Positions 39,065 to 51,042 are shown, counted from the first letter of the whole stretch. The stretch is 61,702 nt of DNA, filler included, from Squatina squatina (GCA_031763465.1; 3 parts of 3 records of this genome joined end to end with filler, not necessarily neighbours in it); one strand, 5' to 3'. Numbers and translations: made by a program. The notes: generated by a model not told the origin, from the sequence alone.

Positions 39065-39306
39065 TTCAGCCAATGAAGTACTTTTGAAGTTTAGTCACTG
39101 TTGTAATGTAAAAATCACAGCAGTCAACTTGCTTATAGCAAGTTCCCACTAACAGCTTGGAAATAAATGACTGGATTATCTTTTAGGTGTTGGTGGCAGG
39201 ATAAATATTGGACAGAAGACCGGGGAGAATTCTCCTGCTCTTCTTCGAATAACACCATGGGATCTTTTAGGTCCAGCTGAGAGGGCAGACAGGGCCTCAG
39301 TTTAAC
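39065..39306 (-). mobile_element. DeuSINE copy abutting a CR1 tail (39307-39356)
   Basis: Deu core followed by cataagaccataagaccataagaagtaggagcaggagtaggccatt. Confidence 0.75.
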
Positions 39307-39559
39307 ATAAGACCATAAGACCATAAGAAGTAGGAGCAGGAGTAGGCCATTCGGCCNNNNNNNNNNNNNNNNNNNNNNNNNNNNNNNNNNNNNNNNNNNN
39401 NNNNNNNNNNNNNNNNNNNNNNNNNNNNNNNNNNNNNNNNNNNNNNNNNNNNNNNNCTGTCCTGTCAAACACTCTCAGGGCAGGTACAGCACAGGTTAGA
39501 TACAGAGTAAAGCTCCCGTTACACTGCCTGTCAAACAATTGTGTCAACATTGTGTTTCT

Positions 39560-40042
39560 TAAAATTCATTCACGTATGGGATGTGGGCATCACTGGCAAG
39601 GCCGGCATTTATTGCCCATCCCTTGAGAAAGTGGTGAAGAGCCGCCTTCTTCACAACTAAGTGGCTCATTTGGGCCATTTCAGGGGCAGTTAAGAGGCGA
39701 CCACATGGCTGTGGGTCTGGAGTCACATATAGGCCAGACTGAATAAGGGCAGCAGATTCCCTTCCCTAAAGGCCATGATCATATTGAATGACGGAGCAGG
39801 CTCGAAGGGCCGAATGGCCTACTTCTGCACCTATTTTCTATGTTTCTATGTTTCTCGTGAAACAGATGGGTTTTTCCGACAATCCGGTAGTTTCACAGTC
39901 ACACTAGCTTCTTATTCCAGATTTATTGAATTAACTGAGTTTTAAATTCCCCAGCTGCCAGTGGTGGGATTTGAACTCACGATTATTAGTCCATAGTCCT
40001 CGATCGTCAGTCCAGCCCTCTGGATTACCAGACCAGTAACAT
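39560..40042 (-). mobile_element. tRNA-derived SINE sharing its tail with the FADD CR1-clade LINE; nested CR1 tail at about 39772-39855
   Basis: B-box-like gagttcaaatccc on the minus strand. Tail gggcaataaatgccggccttgccagtgatgcccacatccc is shared with 37905-37990. A second copy lies at 40605-40940. Confidence 0.75.
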
Positions 40043-40604
40043 NNNNNNNNNNNNNNNNNNNNNNNNNNNNNNNNNNNNNNNNNNNNNNNNNNNNNNNNNN
40101 NNNNNNNNNNNNNNNNNNNNNNNNNNNNNNNNNNNNNNNNNNCCGATATATCATGCTGTAGCAGAACACACAACCTTAAAGGGCGGTGGAATCAAATTCC
40201 ATCGGAACTTTCAAAAGGCAATTGGACATCTATTTGAAGAGAACTAATTTGCAGAGTAATGGGGAAAAAACTGGGGTGTGGGTCTAAATTGGTCCGCTCT
40301 TTCAAGAAGCCAGCACAGGCATGGCGGGCTGAATGGCCTCCTTCTGTGCTGTAAGATTCTATGATTCTATGGCCATCCTAGATCGAATAGTATAGCAGTG
40401 GAAAATGAATGGAAATGGTGAGAACATCTACCATGCGGTCCCGGCTCCTCTGAGAATTTTCCTTCTTTCCCTTCCAGCAGGGGAATTCAACTGCTTGTTC
40501 TTTGGCCATCCCACCATTCCAAATAATGGTACAGGCACAGCCAGTGAATATAAATTTCCTACCTCCAGCGCTGCCAAGCCCAGGGCTTGCCAGGAGTTTT
40601 ATTT

Positions 40605-40940
40605 TTATGTGGTCCAGGGGTGTGGGTGTTGCTGGCAAGGCTGGCATTTATTGGCTATCCTTAGTTGCCCTTGAGAAGATAGTGGTGATGAGCCACCTTC
40701 TTGAAGCACTGTAGTAGCAGTTGTTTACAACTGAGTGGCTTGCTAGGCCATATGAGAGTCTACAGCATTGGGTCTGGAGTCACATATAGGCCAGAGCAGA
40801 TAAGGATGATAGATTCCCTTCCCTAAAGGACATTAGTGAACCAGATGGGCTTTTGCAACAACTTGATAGTTTCATGGTCACCCATTACTGACACTAGCAT
40901 TTTTTATTCCAGATTATTTTTTAATTAACTGAATCTAAAT
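40605..40940 (-). mobile_element. Second copy of the SINE at 39560-40042
   Basis: Shares gggtctggagtcacatataggccaga...ttcccttccctaaag...cagatggg with that copy. Confidence 0.75.
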
Positions 40941-41040
40941 NNNNNNNNNNNNNNNNNNNNNNNNNNNNNNNNNNNNNNNNNNNNNNNNNNNNNNNNNNNN
41001 NNNNNNNNNNNNNNNNNNNNNNNNNNNNNNNNNNNNNNNN

Positions 41041-41715
41041 AGTGAATGATCCATACCAGTCTCCTCCAGAGGTACCCACCATCACAGAAGCCAGTCTCCA
41101 GCCAATTCGATTCACTCCACGTGAAATCAAGAAAGGGCTGAGCACACTGGATGCAGCAAAGGCAATGGGCTGTGAAAACCATCAAGTCAGGGGACCAACC
41201 CTGGTTCAATGAGGGGTGTAGAAGAGCATGCCATGAGCAGCACCTAAAAATGAGGTGCCAGTCCGCTGAAGCTACAACACAGGACTACATGCAAGCTAAA
41301 CACCAGAAGCGGCATGCTACAGACAGCAAACCCTGTGCTTAAGACTTGTGCTCCAGAACTAGCTGCGCCTCTAGCCAAGCTGTTTCAGCACAACTACAGC
41401 ACTGGAATCTACCCGACAATGTGGAAAACTGCCCAGGTACGTCCTGTTCATAAAATGCAGGACAAATCTAATCTGGCCCATTACCATCCCATTAGTCTAC
41501 TCTCAATCATCGACAGTGCTATCAAGCGACACTTATTTACGAATAATCTGCTCACTGATGCTCAGTTTGGGTTCTGGCAGGACCATTCAGCTCCAGACTT
41601 CGTTACAGCCTTGGTCCAAACATGGACAAAAGAGCTGAATTCGAGAGGTGAGGTGGGTGAGAGTGACTTACCTTGGCATCAAGGCAACATTCGACTGAGC
41701 GTAGCATCAAGGTGC
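41041..41715 (+). mobile_element. CR1-clade LINE (FADD family) rearranged ORF2 fragments
   Basis: Translates in pieces as DQPWFNE, LKTCAPELAAPLAKLFQ, YHPISLLSII and QFGF. Confidence 0.85.
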
Positions 41716-41936
41716 CTGAGCACCAGATCCATCTTGTTCCTGTCTCCAACCATGGCCTAGTCCAACCAAGCAGGCTTCACGCACTTCTTCTACGATCACT
41801 GTGAGGAGTGTCGCTACCTGCACCCGTTCCGACTCCNNNNNNNNNNNNNNNNNNNNNNNNNNNNNNNNNNNNNNNNNNNNNNNNNNNNNNNNNNNNNNNN
41901 NNNNNNNNNNNNNNNNNNNNNNNNNNNNNNNNNNNN

Positions 41937-42243
41937 CTCCAGCCTTAAAATCCTGTGCTCTGTGTCTGCACTCCTCTAATTCTGGTCACTTGAGCATCCC
42001 TGATTTTAATCGCCCAACCACTGGTGGCCGTGCCTTCAGCTGCCGAGGTCGCATGCTCTGGAATTCCCTCCCTAAACCTCTACCTCTCTTTCTTCCTTTA
42101 AGACACTCCTTAACACCTACCACTTTGACCAAGTCTGTCCTAATTTCTCCCTAAGTGGCTTGGTGTCAAGTTTTATTTTCTAACACTCCTGNNNNNNNNN
42201 NCGTTTTACTGTGTTAAAGGCGCTATATAAATACAAGTTGTTC
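41937..42243 (+). mobile_element. L2 LINE 3' end
   Basis: Translates as GGRAFSC...LWNSLP; tail aaggcgctatataaatacaagttgtt. Confidence 0.8.
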
Positions 42244-43104
42244 ATGAGGGAAAAACGTTATTGGAGCTAAATTTATGAGTAAGCTTCTGCATCTTTTGTG
42301 AATTTTTTTAATATGCTTGTTATATAATACGTTTTACTCTTGTGGGTGTATGGTGGATGGGTGATAACTGTCATGGCAGCTGTATCTCAGAATTTATTTT
42401 GATGGCATATGATTATTTCAGTTTTGCTGTGCAGAATGTGTAGCAAATTATGTTATAGAATGTGACTGGGGAGAAAATTGAAATTGGGGACAAAGCTGAC
42501 ATAATCGGGTTGGTGACTAACAAAAGTAGAACGTAACTAACTAGATAGGAGAAAAAACAGAAAGCACCTAACCATCGAAGTGAGAAGAAAACAAACCAAT
42601 AACTTGACATAGACAACTTGTTGGTCACGACATAGATGACAGATTTGATGTAAATGGCAGGCACAGACAGAAATGGTATTATAAAGATAGATTTACAAAA
42701 CAATGNNNNNNNNNNNNNNNNNNNNNNNNNNNNNNNNNNNNNNNNNNNNNNNNNNNNNNNNNNNNNNNNNNNNNNNNNNNNNNNNNNNNNNNNNNNNNNN
42801 NNNNNTATGGAGTTGAGGTCGAAGATGAGCCATGATCTTAATAAATGGTGGAGCAGGCTCGAAGGGCTGCGTGGCCTACTTCCTTTTTCTAATCCTTATG
42901 TTCTTGTGTGTGTCATCTACTGTTGTACAGCAGCTGTATTTTAGTTGGGTTCTGATTGAGAAGTTGTCCCATTGTCTTATCCGTCACATGCTTTCCTTCC
43001 ACTGTGTAAATGCTCACAAACCTCTCGAGTTATTTTGTCTCTTGGACGCAGCAGTTTAGGCAATTTCAAGATTTTTTCCTATAGTTCAAGGATCCAAGGG
43101 AAAA

Positions 43105-43272
43105 AGAAAGACTTGCATTTATATAGTGCCTTTCACAACCTCAGGATGTCCGAAAGCACTTTACAGCCAATGTAGTCACTGGTGTAATGTAAGAAACACA
43201 GCAGCCGATTTGCGCACAGCAAGCTCCTACAAACAGCAATATGATGACCAGATAATCTGTTTTTAGGTGTTG
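43105..43272 (-). mobile_element. DeuSINE 3' fragment
   Basis: aagacttgcatttatatagtgcctttcac...cacagcaagctcc. Confidence 0.75.
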
Positions 43273-43429
43273 AATGAGGCAAAGCAGGGACTAAGTAGCA
43301 GTTTGCCAAAATGATAGCTGNNNNNNNNNNNNNNNNNNNNNNNNNNNNNNNNNNNNNNNNNNNNNNNNNNNNNNNNNNNNNNNNNNNNNNNNNNNNNNNN
43401 NNNNNNNNNNNNNNNNNNNNCCTCCTCTG

Positions 43430-43949
43430 CTGAACTCTTATTTTCCATCTCTGACTCTTATCTTCCCTTCCTTGACTTCTCTATTAACATTTCTGGGGAA
43501 AGGCTATCGACAAACATCCACTCCAAGCCAGCTACTTGGGCTACAATTCTTCCATTTCTGCTTCCTATAAGGACTCTAGTCTATTCTCCCAGTTTCTTCA
43601 TCTCCATTGCATCTGTTCTGATGATGCCACCTTTCATACTAGTGCTTCCGATATGTCTTCCTTTTCCCTCAACCGAGGATTCCACTCTGCCATGGTTGAC
43701 ATGGCCCTCGACTGTGTCTGATCCATTCCTGGACTTCTGTTCTCACCACTTCCCCTCTCTCCAAGAACCATGATAGGTCCTCACCTTTCATAGCACTTGC
43801 CTCCACATTCAACAGATCATCCTCCACCATTTCCACCACTTCCAGCGTGATCCCACCACCAAACACATCTTCCCTCCCCTTTCAGCATTCCGAAGGGACC
43901 GTTCCCTCTGATACACCCTGGTCCACTCCTCATTTACCCCCAACAGCTC
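43430..43949 (+). mobile_element. Penelope-like element RT/linker relic
   Basis: Translates in pieces as LPFLDFSI, YLGYNSS, FSQFLHLHCICSDD and NRGF, resembling the Penelope RT C-terminal PFLD / SQ.LR..RICS motifs. Confidence 0.65.
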
Positions 43950-44049
43950 NNNNNNNNNNNNNNNNNNNNNNNNNNNNNNNNNNNNNNNNNNNNNNNNNNN
44001 NNNNNNNNNNNNNNNNNNNNNNNNNNNNNNNNNNNNNNNNNNNNNNNNN

Positions 44050-44119
44050 ATCAGAGTGACAATGTGCGTTACTCCGGGTACAGTATCAGAGTGACCGTGT
44101 GTGTTACTCCGGGTACAGT
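44050..44119. repeat. 35-bp minisatellite, two visible units abutting a gap
   Basis: atcagagtgacaatgtgcgttactccgggtacagt followed by atcagagtgaccgtgtgtgttactccgggtacagt. Confidence 0.85.
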
Positions 44120-44187
44120 ACTGTATGACACAGGATATGGTGCAATAAACAGAAGGCAGAGAGTGGCGAAGTTGAAGTCTATCCTAC

Positions 44188-44902
44188 CTTCACTGCACAC
44201 CTTCCCTTGGTACCCAGTCTGGGCGCAGTCACAGACCACCTTGCTGTTGATGACGGAGCACACGCCTCCATTCAGGCAGGGGTTCTGCCGGGAGCACAGA
44301 TATTCCATGTCGTTTTGGATCCCTTGGCTGCCCAGGAGCACGGGCGGCGTGTCCCCCACCTTCAGGTTGGCGATCAGGCCCTTGAAGGGCAGCTCGTACT
44401 TGACCGTGCTGGACGTGAGGGTGGAGAGCCGCACGTCAGGGGGGATGCCCCCAACGAAGAGGTCGCTCGCCACCGTCATGTCCCTGCGTTTGGACTTCAC
44501 CTCGGCAGTCTTGGCCTCGGTGTCCACCACCAGCATGGTCTCGCGGTAGTTGCGCGTCAGGAGGACCATGTGCCACCGGTCGTCGTTGACCCTGGTGTCC
44601 AGGTGCAGGCTGGCCGGCTCCACGCAGAAGATGGTGAACCGCAGGCGCAGGCGGCTGTCCACGATCATCAGCTCCAGGAAGTCGCAGTACCCTCCATCGT
44701 CCACGTACAGCAGCAGCGCCTTGGAGGCGTTGGTCTTCAGGCTGAAGCTCAGCTCCCCCTGGGAGCCCGCGTCCCATCGGGCGTACCGGGCCCACTGGCC
44801 TGCCGTCCCGCCAAACTCCAGGGCGCCATTGAGCCCCACCGTGCACGCCAGGAGGACCGCCAGCCACAGCAGCCTCGCCTCGGCCCGTTGCACCACTGCC
44901 AT
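44188..44902 (-). CDS. NRXN2: Alpha-neurexin 2, first coding exon (signal peptide, LNS1, EGF1)
   Basis: ATG at 44902 (aggATGG), donor AAG|gtagg. LEFGG.GQWARYARW, DDRWHMVLLTR and VASDLFVGGIPPDVRLS.LT.STVKYE are NRXN2-type. Confidence 0.93.
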
Positions 44903-45090
44903 CCTCGCCGAAAACCTCAAATCCCTGACGCGTCGAACTTTGTGGGCGGGTGAGAGAACAGTCTACTTCTCTACATCCAGATACCTGCCTGCCAGCACCC
45001 CCCGCCCCGCAAGGAAAAGGCACCACCAACTGGCCACTGCTATCAACGACAGTCCCGTGCCCGCGCGGGCAGAAGGCGGAGATTGGCGCG

Positions 45091-45190
45091 NNNNNNNNNN
45101 NNNNNNNNNNNNNNNNNNNNNNNNNNNNNNNNNNTTAATTAATTAANNNNNNNNNNNNNNNNNNNNNNNNNNNNNNNNNNNNNNNNNNNN
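45091..45190. other. Artificial scaffold-concatenation spacer
   Basis: 44 N, then TTAATTAATTAA (45135-45146), then 44 N. Confidence 0.95.
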
Positions 45191-47630
45191 GACTCAGTGC
45201 AGGAAGAGTTTTAACGACCTCACACAAGTGTTCAAGGTCAGTGAATTCATCTTCAAATGCCATATCCCACCATCTGCACCACTAGCCGCACATACTGCTC
45301 AATGCACCACACCCCCATCATTCACCTACCAACAATCTCTACCAAGCACGACTCACACCTCACACTCATAGCTTCACCTCACCTAACACCCACATCTCAC
45401 AGCTTGAACACACTACCAGCTATTCAACCATGACAGGCACTGCACCCAAACATGTTGCACCACACTCACTGTCACACTTCCCTTTCTCTTGCAGGAAAAG
45501 GTGGCGCATAACCGACGCCAGCAGACCTTCACTGGCGGGGGACAGGCTCACCTGCAACACACACCTCCTTGGAGGAGACGGTGATGGCCAGTCTTAGCAG
45601 GGGCACAACTGAGCCCATGGCCAGCAGCGAAACTGAAAGACTAGAAGATGCCGGTACCCCCATACATTATCCTTCTTCTCACATCCCAATTCTTTCTCTT
45701 CCCACATTCCTTTCTGATTTACAATCTGCACATGGTGTAAGCACGCACCTCTTGCTTTTCCCTCCTCCCCTCACCACAACCCTACCCACGTGCCGTTCTC
45801 ATTTCAGACACCCCAAAAAACCAGCCTGCCCAGCCAGTGGGTCAACCAGACGAGGGAGAGGAGAGAGAAGAAGAAGCCGAAGGAGAAGACACTNNNNNNN
45901 NNNNNNNNNNNNNNNNNNNNNNNNNNNNNNNNNNNNNNNNNNNNNNNNNNNNNNNNNNNNNNNNNNNNNNNNNNNNNNNNNNNNNNNNNNNNNNNNNNNN
46001 NNNNNNNNNNNNNNNNNNNNNNNNNNNNNNNNNNNNNNNNNNNNNNNNNNNNNNNNNNNNNNNNNNNNNNNNNNNNNNNNNNNNNNNNNNNNNNNNNNNN
46101 NNNNNNNNNNNNNNNNNNNNNNNNNNNNNNNNNNNNNNNNNNNNNNNNNNNNNNNNNNNNNNNNNNNNNNNNNNNNNNNNNNNNNNNNNNNNNNNNNNNN
46201 NNNNNNNNNNNNNNNNNNNNNNNNNNNNNNNNNNNNNNNNNNNNNNNNNNNNNNNNNNNNNNNNNNNNNNNNNNNNNNNNNNNNNNNNNNNNNNNNNNNN
46301 NNNNNNNNNNNNNNNNNNNNNNNNNNNNNNNNNNNNNNNNNNNNNNNNNNNNNNNNNNNNNNNNNNNNNNNNNNNNNNNNNNNNNNNNNNNNNNNNNNNN
46401 NNNNNNNNNNNNNNNNNNNNNNNNNNNNNNNNNNNNNNNNNNNNNNNNNNNNNNNNNNNNNNNNNNNNNNNNNNNNNNNNNNNNNNNNNNNNNNNNNNNN
46501 NNNNNNNNNNNNNNNNNNNNNNNNNNNNNNNNNNNNNNNNNNNNNNNNNNNNNNNNNNNNNNNNNNNNNNNNNNNNNNNNNNNNNNNNNNNNNNNNNNNN
46601 NNNNNNNNNNNNNNNNNNNNNNNNNNNNNNNNNNNNNNNNNNNNNNNNNNNNNNNNNNNNNNNNNNNNNNNNNNNNNNNNNNNNNNNNNNNNNNNNNNNN
46701 NNNNNNNNNNNNNNNNNNNNNNNNNNNNNNNNNNNNNNNNNNNNNNNNNNNNNNNNNNNNNNNNNNNNNNNNNNNNNNNNNNNNNNNNNNNNNNNNNNNN
46801 NNNNNNNNNNNNNNNNNGCAAATATCTCCTGCTCCAGCCTGGAAGGAGCCAACACATAAAAGCTCATGGCTACCGTGACCTTCACAGCCACTGGCAATGT
46901 GGTCCTTGCCCTGCTCAGAGATTAAAGTTGTGGCTGCAGCAGATGGCAGATTTCAGTGAGGACGTCCTGGATAAAGCGCAGACGTCTGACACACAGTTCC
47001 TCACTAAGGCTCAGGTAGGAGTATTGTTCCCTGAGCAGATATGGTCTCCTGCCCTGTTCTGTCTCCACCTCCTCCCTCTTGCAGCAGCTTGTCCTGCTCT
47101 GTGTCACCTCTGCTCATTTTCCCTGTCATGCTGCAGGCCAATATCTACCACTGTACCCATGTCTGTGAGCAAGTGATCTGTGCAGAATCCTCAGGATAAA
47201 GTCCTTCAGCACCTGCCAGATCACTCCCTGTAGAATTTAGCAACTTTAAAGAATTTTAGAAACCACCAAACACTTCTATAAACCCAGCAAGAGCCATTAA
47301 AAATCAATCAGCAACTAACCTGTAAGAAGTTGATAATCCTTTTGAATTGCGGTGGTGGGGGGGTCTTCCTGCTGCCGAACATGTGGCCAGCTGTGCAAGC
47401 CTAAGAGAGGGCATAGGCTGGAGCATTGAGCTCCAAAGTGGCAGCACTGGCGTCAAATCAGCATTACACGCTGATTGACGTCACAGTCTGCCTACTCTGC
47501 ATACCTCCGGTGCACAATCCCTGTGTCCGCACCAGAAGTGTGTGCGTGTGCCACGGATGCCATTTTGGAACTGAAATAGCACCTGCAACACCCAAACAAT
47601 AGGTGCTTTGGAGCCAAATTTTGCGTCCAG
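45191..47630. mobile_element. Decayed two-gene PIF/Harbinger transposon: spliced Myb/SANT-type gene (+) convergent with transposase (-)
   Basis: Plus strand: TQCRKSFNDLTQVFK (45192-45236), GT-AG intron, then EKVAHNRRQQTFTGGG (from 45495). Minus strand 46818-47050: EQYSYLSLSEELCVRRLRF...EICHLLQPQL*...LPVAVKVTVAMSFY../SFQAGAGDIC. Confidence 0.78.
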
Positions 47631-49354
47631 GTGTTATAGTCAACAAATTTCTTCTCAGTCAATTTTGAGAANNNNNNNNNNNNNNNNNNNNNNNNNNNNN
47701 NNNNNNNNNNNNNNNNNNNNNNNNNNNNNNNNNNNNNNNNNNNNNNNNNNNNNNNNNNNNNNNNNNNNNNNTAAAACGACGGTGAACAGAAAATAAATCA
47801 ATGTAATATTCCAAATAAAAACTCAATGATATATACCAATGAATATAACTAACATACTGTAACGTTTCTTATAAAAGTCAGTCACTGGAAAATATTTCAG
47901 AGGTTAAAAACATGTGCTCTTTATTTTTTTGGCTATTTTAACTAACTACATGCAGCTGTGAATCATACAAACATCTCAAGGTCAGAAGGAACAGTCAAGA
48001 AACTTCCTGAACTTGACTGGAAACAAAGTTATTACAAGAGAGATACAATTGCAACAACTTGCACTAGTATAACAAAGTAAAATATCCTAAATTAGGATTG
48101 TCCTGGAGCCTCTGGCATTAATCTCCTGGACACTTGCGCCATCAACCCAGGAGAAAGAGACATTAAAAAGAAATGTTTTTTTCATTTTCTTTAAACATTT
48201 TTGTATATTAGTTATAAATTATTGGTGATGGAAAAAAAGCCTATTGGACTGTTTGGTTGAAAGTTGGAGGCAGGAGGTCATGTGTTGAAACTTCCAGGAA
48301 CTCACCCAACTATTGTTGGCAATCCTATCCCAATCCCTTCACAAAGGCAATTGGACACAACAGAAATTGGAAGATGACCAAAGGCATGCATGAAGAGGTA
48401 CGTTTTGAGGAAGCTTTTGAAGATCGGAGACATCCAATGAGACAAAGGNNNNNNNNNNNNNNNNNNNNNNNNNNNNNNNNNNNNNNNNNNNNNNNNNNNN
48501 NNNNNNNNNNNNNNNNNNNNNNNNNNNNNNNNNNNNNNNNNNNNNNNNTGGATTTCTCCATGATTTCAACATTAATGTCATGGCTTAAAACTAACCCTTG
48601 CCTGCCAGTCCAATTTAGTAATGGCTCCATGCAAGTGACTGCTCCAATAGATCATAAAACATAATCTGATTGGAATACATGCTCAATGAACTGCAGTTAT
48701 ACACACAAGGGACTTCCTACACAGACATTTTCCTTACCTTCAAAGGTTTCCTACAAGTACAAGTAAAGGTCATTTGGGATAATGTTGCTGGATCAGTATT
48801 TTGAAAACCAAAGGCATTTGTCAGCTATTGCCCCTTCTGCCAAAGGTATGCTGGGACGTTATTTTATAACTAGCTGACTAGAAACATGTGTACAGTGGAA
48901 GTGAATGTCACTAATGTCCTTTGCTAGTCATAAACTGATTAAACTTATTATGTATGGCAATCATCAGTCAGTAAAATGCCGCTGTTAGAGCTATATTGGT
49001 TCGTATGGCCAAAATAATATTATCTGTATAACACCAATGAATTATCAATATCAATTTAAAGTGGTTAACTCATACAAATATAATATTACATTGACTTACA
49101 GTTTATGAGTGTTTTAAGCTGCTCTGTTCTGCATATTACTTCTGAAAGTAATTAGATTATTAGGGCACCCAATTGGTCTTTTTTAAGTTTGTAGCGCTAT
49201 GGGACCAAGAGGTGTCAATTTAGCGCCTGTTTTGCACCATTATTTTATGCTGGANNNNNNNNNNNNNNNNNNNNNNNNNNNNNNNNNNNNNNNNNNNNNN
49301 NNNNNNNNNNNNNNNNNNNNNNNNNNNNNNNNNNNNNNNNNNNNNNNNNNNNNN

Positions 49355-49478
49355 GGGGTATGGAGAAAAAGCAGGTACAGGGTATTGAGTTGGATGATCA
49401 GCCATGATCATATTGAATGGCGGTGCAGGCTGGAAGGGCCTAATGGCCTACTCCTGCACCTATTTTCTATGTTTCTAT
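49355..49478 (+). mobile_element. CR1 LINE 3' tail
   Basis: gatcagccatgatcatattgaatggcgg...aatggcctactcctgcacctattttctatgtttcta. Confidence 0.8.
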
Positions 49479-49739
49479 TCAATTCAATAATTTTTTAAAA
49501 TTGTAATCACAAAAATTCACTTTCAATTTTAGTATTACAAAATAAACTGCTGTCAAACAACGAAGCACTATTTTAATACACTGTGAATTAAAAATATGTA
49601 ATTAAAAACTCCAAGCCATTAAAAAAAATCCTAGGACAAAATTATAAACCAGTGAATAGGTTAGCATTTAAAAGAGCAGGAAAAGTGGATGGCAATAATT
49701 TGGGAGGCTATCAGAAAGCCAACCCTTGCGGCACTAAGA

Positions 49740-50591
49740 CCTGGAGGAAGCTCTTGTGTGTCTGTGTGGAGCTGCAGAGTTCCTCCGCACACTGCGGCTC
49801 AGCCCAGTGCCTTGCTGCTGCTGCGGCAGCGGCGCGTGAGGAAGACTGCCAACAAAAAAAAGGATGAGAAGCTCGAATATTTACACCTCCATTACAGCAA
49901 TCATGCGTCTCGGCCAGACATCTCCTCTGTGTTTCTGCATCTAAACGGCGAGGTGCAGAACAACATCAATCCCCGCCCCCCGCTTCAAAAACGAACCCCC
50001 GCCCCAACTAGAATCGCGTTGCTCCTGTTTCCGTTTTAGTGTCAAGTCACTTTGGAGCTGGATCAGATCGACTTGCTCTCTTTCTCGCTCGCTGCTGCAA
50101 TTGGCGGTGGACCACAGCAGAAAAGCACAGCATCCTGTCGGCTCTGTGCATCTTCTCCTCCTCTCATCAGTTAACTCAGTCCCATCATCTATAAAGAGGC
50201 CGAGATTGGTTTGCGTGCACAACGGAATCTCCTCTGATCTTCCACTTTCTTCTTCATTTTAATCATCGTCAGCCCCATCACCAACGATGTAGGATGTGGT
50301 GAGAGATCCTCCATCCTGGATCTACAGCCTGAGGAGCCCAGCACATTGTCTCTGGTGATCAAGACAACCTACTGCCATTGATTGCTCTGTTTATTTATTT
50401 TAAAGCAATAATAATTATTCACATATTTGAAATTTAATGCCACAATAGGATCTGTGACCGTGTATATGAATTTGGGGAAGTGGAGTTTTAGCTGAATTAA
50501 AAAAAGGATCAGGATTATTAGCAGCTTAAAAGGAACAACAGCTTCTTTAAAAAATTGTGTTTAATTTTAATTTCTTATTGCACTATTAATA
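49740..50591 (+). promoter_or_regulatory. CpG-enriched promoter/5' UTR region of the DCLK2-like gene
   Basis: CpG enrichment at about 49780-50230 and two GC boxes (ccccgcccc near 49971 and 49997), on the same contig directly upstream of the ATG. Confidence 0.55.
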
Positions 50592-51042
50592 ATGTCGCAT
50601 GATCGGAGCATCGAGCTGGAGCACTTTGAGGAGAGGAGCCGGGGCCACCGATCTTCTCGTCGTGGAAGTGGGAGCGGAGGAGGAGGTGGTGTAGGAGCAA
50701 GTGGTGGAGGAGGAGGAAGTGGTGGAGGAGGCACAAGCTCCCGGGGAAATGGTTTACCAAGCCCAGCTCACAGCGCTCACTGCAGCTTCTACCGGACCCG
50801 AACCCTGCAGGCGCTCAGCCAGGAGAAAAGAGCCAAAAAAGTCCGCTTTTACAGGAACGGAGATCGTTACTTTAAAGGGCTCGTGTATGCCGTCTCCCAA
50901 GACAGGTTCAGGTCCTTGGATGCTTTGCTGGTGGAACTGACTAAGTCTCTTTCAGATAATGTCAATCTGTCCCAAGGAGTCAGGGGAATCTACAGTATCG
51001 ATGGGAACAAGAAGATCACCAGCCTGGACGAATTGCTGGAAG
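50592..51042 (+). CDS. DCLK2: DCLK2-like doublecortin-domain protein, first coding exon (DC1 domain)
   Basis: Translates as [11 protein letters not shown]...[41 protein letters not shown]...TSLDELLE; donor AAG|gtaagt. Orthology tentative. Confidence 0.85.

Noticed and set aside
44064-45146. Long overlapping and antisense ORFs over NRXN2
   Set aside because: Expected shadow ORFs of a GC-rich coding exon.
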